This document shows, piece by piece, positions 53,785 through 64,000 of a stretch of 64,000 bases of DNA (the first letter of the stretch is position 1; the number at the start of each line of letters is the position of its first letter). Source of the DNA: Eledone cirrhosa (Eukaryota); the NCBI GenBank assembly GCA_964016885.1, contig OZ024740.1:381424001-381488000 (forward strand), read 5' to 3'. Made by a program: the position numbers and the translations under genes. The notes under the pieces were generated by a model. It saw only the letters and a program-made list of their open reading frames with translations. It ran no database searches and was not told the origin of the DNA.

Positions 53785-54060
53785 GGCGCATGGCTTAGTT
53801 GTTAGAACATTGGGCTTGCAACTGAGAGGTTGTGGATTCGATTCTCGGACAGGGTGATGCGTTGTGTTCTTGAGCAAGACACTTTATTTCACGTTGCTCC
53901 AGTTTACTCAACTGTAGAAATGAGTTGCGGCGTCACTGGTGCCAAGCTGTATCGGTCATTGCCTTTCCCTTGGACAACATCGGTGGTGTGGAGAGGGGAG
54001 ATTGATATGCATGAGCGACTACTTGTCCTCCACAAAACAAATCTTGCCTAGGCTTGTGCA
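53785..54060 (+). mobile_element. tRNA-derived SINE (family B)
   Basis: A-box TGGCTTAGTTG, B-box GGATTCGATTC. Body shared with 4810-5030. A further decayed copy lies at ~56565-56780. Confidence 0.75.
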
Positions 54061-55363
54061 GGTGAACGAGTGGGGCCTTTAGGAATTCAGTAACGAGTGA
54101 GTAAATATCACTGACGACAGAAAAATATGTCATACTCACACGGCCACTGAGAAAGCTGAGACATGGTCACAGCTTCTTAGCTACTTAACCTAAAATATCC
54201 ATAGAAATATTTATACAGAAACAAATTGTTTATACTTTCATATACACCTCTATAATATACTAGAAGTTATTCAGGATAAAAAAAATCAAACGGGGTCGAA
54301 ATATAAATTTTCAAGTATACATGTTAATATGATTCTTGAACAATTGGAGGTTAATATATCAACAGAAATATTGAGAAAGTAGTGACATCCATGTGGCAAA
54401 TCTTACTAAAATAAAGGATTTAAGGATTTTTACGGGTATAGGCGGTAAGAAGTCGTGAAACAAACGGAATATGCGCATTTGATTAAAATTAGATTGTAGC
54501 ATTTGGCACATTTGCTGTCATTACCCTGATTTCTATCCCATATGAATCATGATTTTGCAAAGAAGTAGATTTTAATGGTTGTGCATTGTGCACTACTATA
54601 CCTTCATCTCGGAAGTGTACAACGTGTTCTGAATATTAGAGACCTGTTATAATTTTATTAAACCAGAGCCGTTCTTCACAAAAACCTAAATGTTAACATT
54701 TAAACGAGAAATAATTATTCAGGGAATAAAAATGCAATCTAGTCAATAGATAACATTATTATAGTTATTTCGGCAGCCACAGGAAGCTACAGAGAGCATG
54801 TTTTGGCCTAGTCAGTGAAGAATAGAATCCGCCATAATAGTGATGAATTTATCACCAAGAAGTTTTTAAGATAGTAGACGAGCTGGCGTACAAAAATTTC
54901 AATTGTTTTGAGAATAAATATCTCAGACACCAGACGCCATTCGCACGAAAAATAATTGTTAAGTTAGCGTTAATACTTCCAATACAGCTTCTAGTATATA
55001 TTTTTCGCTATTTGCGCAACAATTCTGTGCGTGTTATATAAACTATTCATTCTTCAGTCTGCTGTGGTTCCTTTGTTCCAGGATAGAGTGATTACGTGAG
55101 ACATCATACTAAAATATTCCTAACTGAGTAGACGTTACCTCATTGTATATTCAGAAAATTTCACAGGAAATTAATGAAATCAAAGTTCGTTATAGTATCA
55201 TATAATATTGGTGAATAAGTAGTAGTGTTATATAAAAATTATTGATCTACAGTAATTACAAAGGAGACATATTTGCATTCTCTTTTAGGCACAAATAGAA
55301 TTATAAAAAAATATTTCAGCTAGATCTCTCATGAAGCAAATCTTAATTGGAATACAATTTAAT

Positions 55364-55546
<183 letters not shown>

Positions 55547-57000
55547 CCCCCCCCACACACATATTTATATATAAACGTCTATTGAAATTAGGATTTGCTT
55601 CATCACAAATTTATTTGAACTCAGGCCTTCATAGATGTCTGAGATTGAATTAAATGTTCAGAAAAGATTGCCTACAACCAAGAGGATAATTTGGAAGTAG
55701 TTGTATGATGTAGAGAGCATATAGTCTGTACCATACGTGTCAATGCACAATATAATAAAAGCGATTGTTTACAAGAGCATTACTCGCTCCAACAGCGAAC
55801 TGAAACCATACTGTCAATACATTAGCATGAAAATACTCACGATAAAATTTGAACAAAAAGGTTCTACAGGCTAATAAAATTTCTATATTATTTAAGCGAA
55901 GACGGGGTAATTAATTAAAATATATGGCAGATCACCAATTCTAACCTTTTAAACAAAGAAAGTTTTGTTTACGATCGAGCAGAAACAATTGTACACATTT
56001 AAACTGACATTATTGAAAATAAGTGTTGACAGTATGGTTAAAAGGATTAAAGAAATACAAGGCAACCAGCATGAATCGTTCGTTATTAAATTTTGTTTCT
56101 ATAGGGGCATACATTTATTGTTTGTGAAAGAATTCTAAACACAATAAATGATTTAATTACAACTGCTTTTAATACATGAAAAATAACATTGAAATGCTTT
56201 TGATCAACGCTAAAAACATTCCACAATATGTTTAACTCTTCATACATGCTCCAGGGCTGGATGAACGAAATATATATATATTTTAATTCGTCATTTTATG
56301 GGTTTTGTTATTTCAAGTATGCAGTTTCTCTTGAATTAATTTTTGCTTGATGAATCACTATGGATATGTATAATGCAATAGATATTTTGTTTTCGGAGGA
56401 GCCTGTTTCAAACGCAACGTGGAAGTCAATGTCATCACGTTGCAAAATAAATATGTAATACCATCACCTGTATATAACCTTTTTCTTATATATTTTGTCA
56501 TGTTCATATAGAAATATCAAAGCATATATGCTTGGACAGTTCTACATGACATATACATATAAGTGAAGGTGTGTGGCATAGTGGTTAACATTGTAGTTCT
56601 ATTCCTGGACCGGGTTGTGTTATGTTCTTGAGCAAAACATTGTTTTATGTTGCTCCAATATATTCAGTTAAACGTGAGTACTAGAATTAGCTGTGGGCTT
56701 AATTCTACCACCGACTTCTATTCTCTCCAGTGGGGAGTCTTATGCTCACAGAAGCTTAACGCTAAGGAAACGAGAACAAGACCCCATGCTTAAGTGAATC
56801 CTAAAAATCAGAAGTGGCACCCCTAGAGTGAACCTGCCTATAGAATTCTTTCTGCCTTTGTTATTCTAAATATAGTTTTTAAAGAATTCCCTTTTCTTTA
56901 AACCCATCAACCAATGACCTCCACCCATCCTAGTCATCACCCTCTCCTACCACCAGAAAAAATATAAATACCACCATATTACCATATTACTTGGACAGTC

Positions 57001-57051
57001 AGCTTCCTGATGATTTCTCCTTAATGAAACAGCTCTAATCCTATAGAAGCT
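57001..57051 (+). ncRNA. Degenerate hammerhead motif in a pLTR-like segment (~56890-57135)
   Basis: AGCTTC CTGATGA..GAAAC AGCT..TA GAAGCT. Stem I and the cores are intact, stem II is weak and stem III is disrupted. Segment ends in (TA)n. Confidence 0.45.
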
Positions 57052-57132
57052 TTTCTATATTAAATATTTATATTCTGCTTTGTATTGAGTACCTTACTTA
57101 TTGTGGTTACCCCCGATTGATCCCGGGATAAA

Positions 57133-57203
<71 letters not shown>

Positions 57204-57329
57204 GTAGGAGGTGAGTTTTATTGTAGTACAATAAAGCAATGCAGATATCGGATAAGTAGCACTCTATAGTTTGTAGGACTGGAGTATAAATAATATATAA
57301 GATCAAAAGATGGTTAAAAGAGTTCCATG

Positions 57330-57400
57330 TATTTTATTATGCGCATTTCAAAAACAAATATCATCATGCGAAGACATTTGCGTTTTCGTCAGATAAAATA
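57330..57400 (-). ncRNA. Type I hammerhead ribozyme (left arm)
   Basis: - strand reads TATTTTAT CTGACGA AAACGCAAATGTC..GATATTTGTTTTT GAAA TGCGCA TA ATAAAATA, with a perfect 8-bp stem I. Confidence 0.85.
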
Positions 57401-57526
57401 GGGAGAAATGATATGAAGGTTAAAAAACACTTGTGAATAGTGCAGTTTTAAATCAACATATCCATATATGTTGATTTAAAACTGCACTATTCACAAGGGT
57501 TTTTTAACCTTCATATCATGTCTCCC

Positions 57527-57594
57527 TATTTTACCTGACGAAAACGCAAATGTCTTCGCATGATATTTGTTTTTGAAATGCGCATAATAAAATA
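57527..57594 (+). ncRNA. Type I hammerhead ribozyme (right arm)
   Basis: TATTTTAC CTGACGA (57535-41), stem II, GAAA (57575-78), ATGCGCAT palindrome, AUA site, ATAAAATA. Confidence 0.8.
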
Positions 57595-57624
57595 CATGGC
57601 ACTCTTTTAACCATCTTTTGATCT

Positions 57625-57690
<66 letters not shown>

Positions 57691-58000
57691 TGTATATATA
57701 TATAACATCAACCACCAGTGAATGACTGTAAATTATTTCTAATTTTCTCATTTTCTGCACATCTATTTTTCAAGATATTTTAACACATTACATTCTTATC
57801 GGAACTGAATACAGCCTATAATGAGAAATTACGATGATTGGAAATGAGTTAAAATTGTATAGAAGAGAACATAGAAGTGTTTGGCATGTTTAATTGATGT
57901 GAAGGAAGACTATAAAGCTTCATGCGTTTCACTTGGTATGAGAGGGAAATAAAGAAAATAGTGATATTGCGTGCTTGATTGCGCGCGCGCGCGCACGTGT

Positions 58001-58037
<37 letters not shown>

Positions 58038-58145
58038 TCTGCATAACTAATACTTTGTAGATAGCAGCTGTTTTCAGGTTATGTAACTGTTATAGAAAGA
58101 CGTGTCAATAAATTCCTTTTAACTAAACTGTATCCATTAAAATCC

Positions 58146-58210
<65 letters not shown>

Positions 58211-58430
58211 AGTAAATAATCGAGAATCAGAATCTCGGCCCACGAAATAACGATAAACAATCTTCGACATGTGTGGCAGAGGGCTCAATAGTTTGGATGA
58301 ACAAGAGCTATAACTATCGTTAAAGTACCAACACATAGAGACGATGCCTAAAATCATTCGCACAGCCGAAAAAAACGACCAGGAAAATTCGGGTCACTCA
58401 AATAAAAAATTAATAAATTAATAAATTAAA

Positions 58431-58493
<63 letters not shown>

Positions 58494-59725
58494 GTGTTAT
58501 TATTATTTCTGTTCTGAGACAGAGAAGGATGAAGAAATTGAAGTAAAAGTACGGCGATGAGTAGATGTTGCGAAGAGAAGAGAGAGGGTAAAGAAGAGAG
58601 ATGAGAGAGGAGAGAGGACAAGAGTATAAGGGAGAGCGAAGAGGGGAGAGAAGAGGGGAGAGAATAGGGGACAGATGAGGGCAGAGATAAGAGAGCGAAA
58701 GTGGGAAGAGAGGAGAGAGAGGTATGGTGCGCAAATATGAAAACTATATAAAAGAAGAAAGATGTGCGATGGAATTTTAAAGTGAAAACCTCACTTACTA
58801 AATATTCTGTGAAATATTTTATGGGCTAACTATTAAGAGAGACGATCTCAAATTTCTTATTACGGGTTTCATCCTAAAAGATAAATCATGAATTTATAAA
58901 ACGTTGAATTAGCAGGGACTATAATGTGATTTATTTGTTCCGGCTCTTCTCCCTGAAATATTTTTCAAAAACATCCCGTATATTATCCAATATACAATAA
59001 GTACATATATGTGCATACCGCTATTGTAGAGCACCAATACAAACTGTATATATATACACACATATTAAATAGTAAATCAAGGATTATTGTTTTAAATCAT
59101 TTAATTGATTTACACGTTTTCCAGAAGTCCTACAAAGAATGAAACAATACCTGAGGGGAAGAGGTTTTGTTTAAATAAACAAAGGTAGACAATATCAAGT
59201 TTTAGATAGAAATAATTGTTTCTAAGTTTTGGTACAAGGCCAGCAATTTGTAAGAGGAAAGTCGATTAAACCGAACCCAAAACGTGCTTTTATTTCGCAA
59301 CTGAAATTGTGAAATAATTGCGAATTGTCGCAAATTAAAAATTTATAAATGTCTGGTTGGTTGGTTCCACAACCGGACGGTTGTTCATATATTGTCAAAG
59401 TTCTTTTGTCACACATTCTGTGAGCTCTTCAGTGACTGGGGATTCTTTTCTTTGTTTTGTGCCTCTCCTTTGTTCTGTCCTTCGCCATCTTGTTTTTGTG
59501 TGTGTTGTGTGCTTAGTTTGCGCATGTGTTACATCCGGGTGTCTGTGTGTGTTTTTATTTGTTTATTTATTTGTTTATTTACATGTTACTAGTTAGTTGT
59601 TTATTCTATGTGTGTGTGTTTTCATTTTGTCCTTAATTGTGAGTTGTGATGTTGCTATTCCATTCATGTTTTCTATTTAATTTTGGTAACATATAAATAA
59701 ACAAATAAATAAACAAATAAAAACA

Positions 59726-59764
<39 letters not shown>

Positions 59765-59977
59765 GAATGCCATGGTTGACGGAGGCTCGGCTCTGTAAGG
59801 TATAGTAATTTTTAACCGTTAAAACAATTGTAAATTGTTTAAAACTTGAACCAAATTGTTGATAAAGACACCCTCCTCCTCGTGAGAGGGGTCTTTCTGT
59901 CCGTTATTTGGCCCTTCGGGGTTAAATAACCAGTTATTGGGGTTTTGTACCCAAAATTTCATTTTAAACAAAAAAAC

Positions 59978-62074
59978 ATGGCTACGAAAAAGAAATTTCA
60001 TACGTCACTCCCACTCATTCCGTCTTCTTCTTCCTCAATCATCACTACAGCAGAGAGAAGATTGTCTCTCTCCCTCCCTTCTTTAAATGTGTCTCTCTCC
60101 CTCCCTTCTCTTTCGCAAGCAACGAAAGAAAAGAAAAGTCTCGTGCAAAGCGTGCAAGGTTTCTCCACGACGACGACGACAGCGACGAAACAGGTGTGCG
60201 GGAAATACGAAAACCCAGTTCATTCGTCTGACGTCAGGAATAATAGCAGTAGCAGCCGTAATAACAACAGCAACAGTGACAATGAAAACAACAGTAGCAG
60301 CCGCAACAGCATCACCAGCAACATACACAACAACAGCATTAGCAGCAGCAACACCAACAACAACCACAGCAACAGCGGCGGAGGCAGTAGTCGTAGTACC
60401 TGCAGCAACAACAAAAGTGCCAGCAGCTCTGACGACAACAACAACAGCAGAGAAAAACCAATCTCATTTGCAGGTATTGCGAAAAACTTGGAAACAATCC
60501 TCATAACAAATGAGGAATTAGAGGAAGCGAAGAAGATGGTGACAAAGAACGGACACCGAGCAATCTGCAAGGCAGCGGAAAAGTTTTTCGAGACCCAAGA
60601 GCACTGTACGGTCACGTACCGTACAGTAAGTACAAAATCCCGTAGGGTGGAAAGAGCCACAGAGGCCCAAATACAAAAAGCCTTGGGGTCTGTGTGGCAG
60701 CGGAAAACGCACATCACCCGAGGCAAAAAATATGCCACCGTAGACGTACTTTTTGCCACACCCCAGGAGGCAAAGGCCCAATCAGTAGTGACCCTAAGGA
60801 GCGAGGAAATGGTGTTGGTGCCCTCCTACTGCGGGCAAAAAATTGTGAGGGTCAAACTGACCCACGTCCCCCCCGGAATGACCCCTTCTTGGCTGGCCGC
60901 GTCTGTCCTCGTCGGAATCGAGGACAAAACAACTGTACTGCAAGTACAGAAAAAAGTAAGAGAAGATTGGGTCGGCTCCTCCATTGAGATGCTAATCCAA
61001 ACCAACCAGGAGTGCATCGAAGCTATCCCGGATGTGATAGACTTCGATAACGGCACTCAACTGCCCATAAGTGTTGAGGGCAAACGCCCGAAATGCTTTC
61101 GCTGTGGATCGAAGACTCACCTCAGGGCCTTCTGCAACGAGAAGACCCTGAGAAAGGAGAAAACCCCCCTCCTTCCGAATCCGGCTCCACGGCTACCAGC
61201 AACAGGACAAGCGGCAACCAGGATCGATAGGTCCGTGGCACCCATACCCACGCCACGGAAATCAAAAACAGCAGCAGCAGTGGAAATATTAACAACAACA
61301 ACAGCAATACCAAATGCAGCTGCAACAGAGACTCCAGTGCAAACATCACCAACAACAACAAGTGAAAGAGTGGAGCTGGTACCCCTCCCCGACCTCACAG
61401 AATCAGACATGGAGTGTGAGGTGGGAGAGGGATGGCAAAAGGTCGCAAGAAGGCACAAACGCAGAAGCAGCGCATCGTCGCCTTTGAAAAGGGAGGAAAG
61501 AAATGAGAAAAGGGTAAAGTCTACTGCAAAGAGACCCACAGCAGCAACAACACCAACACCATCACCACCCACACTAGCACCACCATCACCACCGGCGACA
61601 ACCCCACCGCCAACAACACCTTCAACACCACCACCACAAGCACCAACGTCGCAAACACAACAACAAAACACACACACCCAGCAACAACGACAAGAAAATA
61701 GCAGAACCACACCCCACCCCCAGAAAAACAAATGCACGGCAATAAATACACACAACAAGAAACTAATGACTTACATAATTGAACACACAGACATTTCACA
61801 ACAGGACTACATAATACCAGCACCAATCAAAACGCCAACTAACATAAGACTGCTAAAAATAGCACAGAAACAATACACAAACATTAAAACGAAATTCCCC
61901 AACGCAGTTGGTGATTTCAGGGACCTAGGAGGAACCATCAATCGAAGAGTATACTCAGACATTCTCTTAGAAGAGCCGACGACCAGCCGAAGGGACGATT
62001 CAACGGTCCCTTCACCAGACGATCAAGTGAAAAGGGATGTAAAAACCATCCCTCCTCTACCAAAAGTACGGTAA
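59978..62074 (+). CDS. LINE ORF1 protein (698 aa from first ATG; CCHC zinc knuckle)
   Basis: Uninterrupted ORF. CFRCGSKTHLRAFC (CX2CX4HX4C). S/N-rich N-terminus and P/T-rich C-terminus. Confidence 0.9.
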   Translation: MATKKKFHTSLPLIPSSSSSIITTAERRLSLSLPSLNVSLSLPSLSQATKEKKSLVQSVQGFSTTTTTATKQVCGKYENPVHSSDVRNNSSSSRNNNSNSDNENNSSSRNSITSNIHNNSISSSNTNNNHSNSGGGSSRSTCSNNKSASSSDDNNNSREKPISFAGIAKNLETILITNEELEEAKKMVTKNGHRAICKAAEKFFETQEHCTVTYRTVSTKSRRVERATEAQIQKALGSVWQRKTHITRGKKYATVDVLFATPQEAKAQSVVTLRSEEMVLVPSYCGQKIVRVKLTHVPPGMTPSWLAASVLVGIEDKTTVLQVQKKVREDWVGSSIEMLIQTNQECIEAIPDVIDFDNGTQLPISVEGKRPKCFRCGSKTHLRAFCNEKTLRKEKTPLLPNPAPRLPATGQAATRIDRSVAPIPTPRKSKTAAAVEILTTTTAIPNAAATETPVQTSPTTTSERVELVPLPDLTESDMECEVGEGWQKVARRHKRRSSASSPLKREERNEKRVKSTAKRPTAATTPTPSPPTLAPPSPPATTPPPTTPSTPPPQAPTSQTQQQNTHTQQQRQENSRTTPHPQKNKCTAINTHNKKLMTYIIEHTDISQQDYIIPAPIKTPTNIRLLKIAQKQYTNIKTKFPNAVGDFRDLGGTINRRVYSDILLEEPTTSRRDDSTVPSPDDQVKRDVKTIPPLPKVR

Positions 62075-62109
62075 GTGGTCTTTCCCATCTTTTCCACTCT
62101 ATTTTAAAC

Positions 62110-64000
62110 ATGACCTCACTCAGAATAGGCAGCATAAATGCGCGTGGCTTGGGGTCGTCATGGAAGCAGGGTCACCTGCTCAACGACCTCAGGTCACTAA
62201 ACATAGATGTAGTGGCCATCAGCGAGACCAGAATCTCCGAAGCACGGGCCTTCGCACCGATCTTCGGCGGCTACGATGTGTACGAATCTCCCAGCCGTCC
62301 TGGATCGGGTGGAGGAGTTGCTGTGCTTTTTCGGAGAGGTTTGGATCTCGCCATACGGGCCATCTTCCTGGACCCAGAGGGTAAGCTGGTGGTGCTGGAC
62401 GTGACCAGCGGAGACGGGCAAGCTTTCAGGCTAGTGGCCGTCTATGCCCCGACAGGAGCAGGGCGGCCTGATTTCTTCCGGCGTCTGGAGACCTTTCTTG
62501 GAACGTCCCGCTCTTTAGTGTTAGTGGGCGACTGGAACGGGATCTTAGATGCACGCTGGGACTGTGTGGGATTAGCGGATAGGAGTGGAGGGTGCAAGAG
62601 CCTCACCAACCTGCTCAGGCGTTTTGAACTGTCTGACAGGTACCGATTGGATTTCCCGAATGTGCCCATGTGGACTTGGACAAACCGCATAGGGTCATCC
62701 AGATCATATCTAGATAGAGTATTTTGTAGGGAAATAGATAGGTCTAGCATAGGCTGTCCACAATTCAAGATAGTCAGCTACACGGACCACAAATTCGTGA
62801 CCTGTGTGCTTGACTTAGATAGGCTTCATAGACGAGGACCCGGCTACTGGAAGCTAAACGCGTCCTTACCAGCGCGCAAGGCCTACAGAGACCGGATTAG
62901 CGAACTAGTTAAGCGGGCGTTGACGGGGGCCATCGTCAACAACAAGTGGTGGTTTGCTCTGAAAAGAGCGATTAGAATAGAATCGATTAGGTTTAGTAAG
63001 GCTTTAGCAATAGAGAAAAATAGAGCAGAGGGAGAACTAGTTAGAAAATTAGACGAGGTGCTTAGCAAAGGCATTGCGACCGACGTGCTTGCGGCGAAAT
63101 TGGCCCTTGACCAATTCTTCAATGCAAAGCACGAAGGCTGCGTTGTCAGAGCTAGGGTGCGTGCTCTCAGACACGAGGGGACGAAAGCCGTTCAATGGGC
63201 CCGAGTGGCGGAGGCGCGTCGTGGCAACAAAGCCACGATCCGGTCTTTGGTGGACCACGACGGGCGCATGCTACTCGATCCCGGGCAAATGTGTGAAGCT
63301 TTTCAGCGACACTTCGCTCAGCTGTTCGGGGGCAGCGGGGGGCCGGGTAGAGGGATGGACTTTAGTGTCTACCTCGACGGACTGCCGCGGCTCTCGGCCA
63401 CTGAGGCGAAGTGTTGCGAAAAGCCGATAACAGCCGCTGAAGTACGGGAGGCAATGACTGGCTGCACAAGGGGTAAATCGCCTGGTTTGGATGGTCTGCC
63501 CTATGAACTTTACGTACAGATGCCAGACATGTTCGGAGGCCTCTTGGCGGACGTCTACTGCAACTGGCAACAGAACGGGAGAATTCCCAGTTCTGTGAGC
63601 CGAGGAGCGGTGGCACTGCTGAGAAAGGATCCGAACAAGGGGGATAACATAGACAATTTCCGGCCCATAACTCTGCTAAACACAGAGTTTAAGATTTTGG
63701 CCAAGGTGCTAGCAAAGAGGTTGGCGCTTGTCGTTGGTGGTCTGGTGGGAGAGGCGCAGACATGCGCCATTCCCGACAGATCCATCCACGACAACCTCCA
63801 CCTCATGCGATACATCGTAGAGAGGGTAGCTAGGGAACCTGGCACGGGTGGGTCCTTGATCAATTTAGATCAGTCGAAAGCTTTCGATAGGGTCGACCAT
63901 CGTTACCTAGCGGCAGTCCTGAGGGCGGCTGGCTTTGGGCCCGTCTCCAGAGGCTGGATCGCTGCCATGCACAGCGACATCTGCTCTGTGGTGAGATTGA
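62110..64000 (+). CDS. LINE ORF2 (APE endonuclease + reverse transcriptase), 3'-incomplete
   Basis: MTSLRIGSINARGL..ISETR..VAVYAP..GDWN..SYLDR..DH..GPGYWKLN..KSPGLDG..RPITLLN..INLDQSKAFDRVDH. Same frame from 62110 to 63900. Absent from the ORF track, consistent with no stop before the window end. Confidence 0.93.
   Translation, partial: MTSLRIGSINARGLGSSWKQGHLLNDLRSLNIDVVAISETRISEARAFAPIFGGYDVYESPSRPGSGGGVAVLFRRGLDLAIRAIFLDPEGKLVVLDVTSGDGQAFRLVAVYAPTGAGRPDFFRRLETFLGTSRSLVLVGDWNGILDARWDCVGLADRSGGCKSLTNLLRRFELSDRYRLDFPNVPMWTWTNRIGSSRSYLDRVFCREIDRSSIGCPQFKIVSYTDHKFVTCVLDLDRLHRRGPGYWKLNASLPARKAYRDRISELVKRALTGAIVNNKWWFALKRAIRIESIRFSKALAIEKNRAEGELVRKLDEVLSKGIATDVLAAKLALDQFFNAKHEGCVVRARVRALRHEGTKAVQWARVAEARRGNKATIRSLVDHDGRMLLDPGQMCEAFQRHFAQLFGGSGGPGRGMDFSVYLDGLPRLSATEAKCCEKPITAAEVREAMTGCTRGKSPGLDGLPYELYVQMPDMFGGLLADVYCNWQQNGRIPSSVSRGAVALLRKDPNKGDNIDNFRPITLLNTEFKILAKVLAKRLALVVGGLVGEAQTCAIPDRSIHDNLHLMRYIVERVAREPGTGGSLINLDQSKAFDRVDHRYLAAVLRAAGFGPVSRGWIAAMHSDICSVVRL

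Larger units (their letters stand above)
57290..57634. repeat. ~345-bp palindrome (~170-bp arms) of an HHR-bearing PLE pLTR
   Basis: Arms are reverse complements with a few substitutions and one 3-bp indel. Spacer CCAT at 57462-65. (TA)n on the right. Confidence 0.95.
59765..64000 (+). mobile_element. Apparently intact Tx1/L1-clade LINE (runs off the window)
   Basis: 5' UTR follows (ATT)n. ORF1 and ORF2 are open. Homologous to 29918-35636. Confidence 0.93.

Noticed and set aside
58210-58410. Possible Penelope GIY-YIG remnant (IFDMCGRG) between (TA)n tracts
   Set aside because: Too short and degenerate to call.
60083-63863. Antisense and alternative-frame ORFs within the LINE
   Set aside because: They are shadows of the compositionally biased ORF1 and ORF2.

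Overview
AT-rich, microsatellite-dense eukaryotic DNA made almost entirely of repeats. The SINE families and composition suggest a cephalopod such as Octopus (inference). I found no convincing host exon, and most track ORFs are microsatellite or antisense artefacts. There are two Tx1/L1-clade LINEs: a decayed full-length copy on - (29918-35636, 15-bp TSD) and an apparently intact young copy on + (from ~59765 past the window end). The window also holds several RTE fragments, an RNase H-bearing LINE remnant, a mariner remnant, a mariner MITE and many tRNA-derived SINEs. The most striking signal is about 10 type I hammerhead ribozyme (HHR) motifs from about 7 unrelated sequence families. Most have a short self-complementary stem III and sit in Penelope-like (PLE) pLTR/retrozyme-like inserts that end in (TA)n. 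Several form head-to-head palindromes (1-199, 14420-14810, 17226-19810, 57290-57634). One family carries a compensatory U3-A8 catalytic core (UUGAGAA), and one insert is a 1.1-mer of a non-coding 533-nt HHR-bounded unit.
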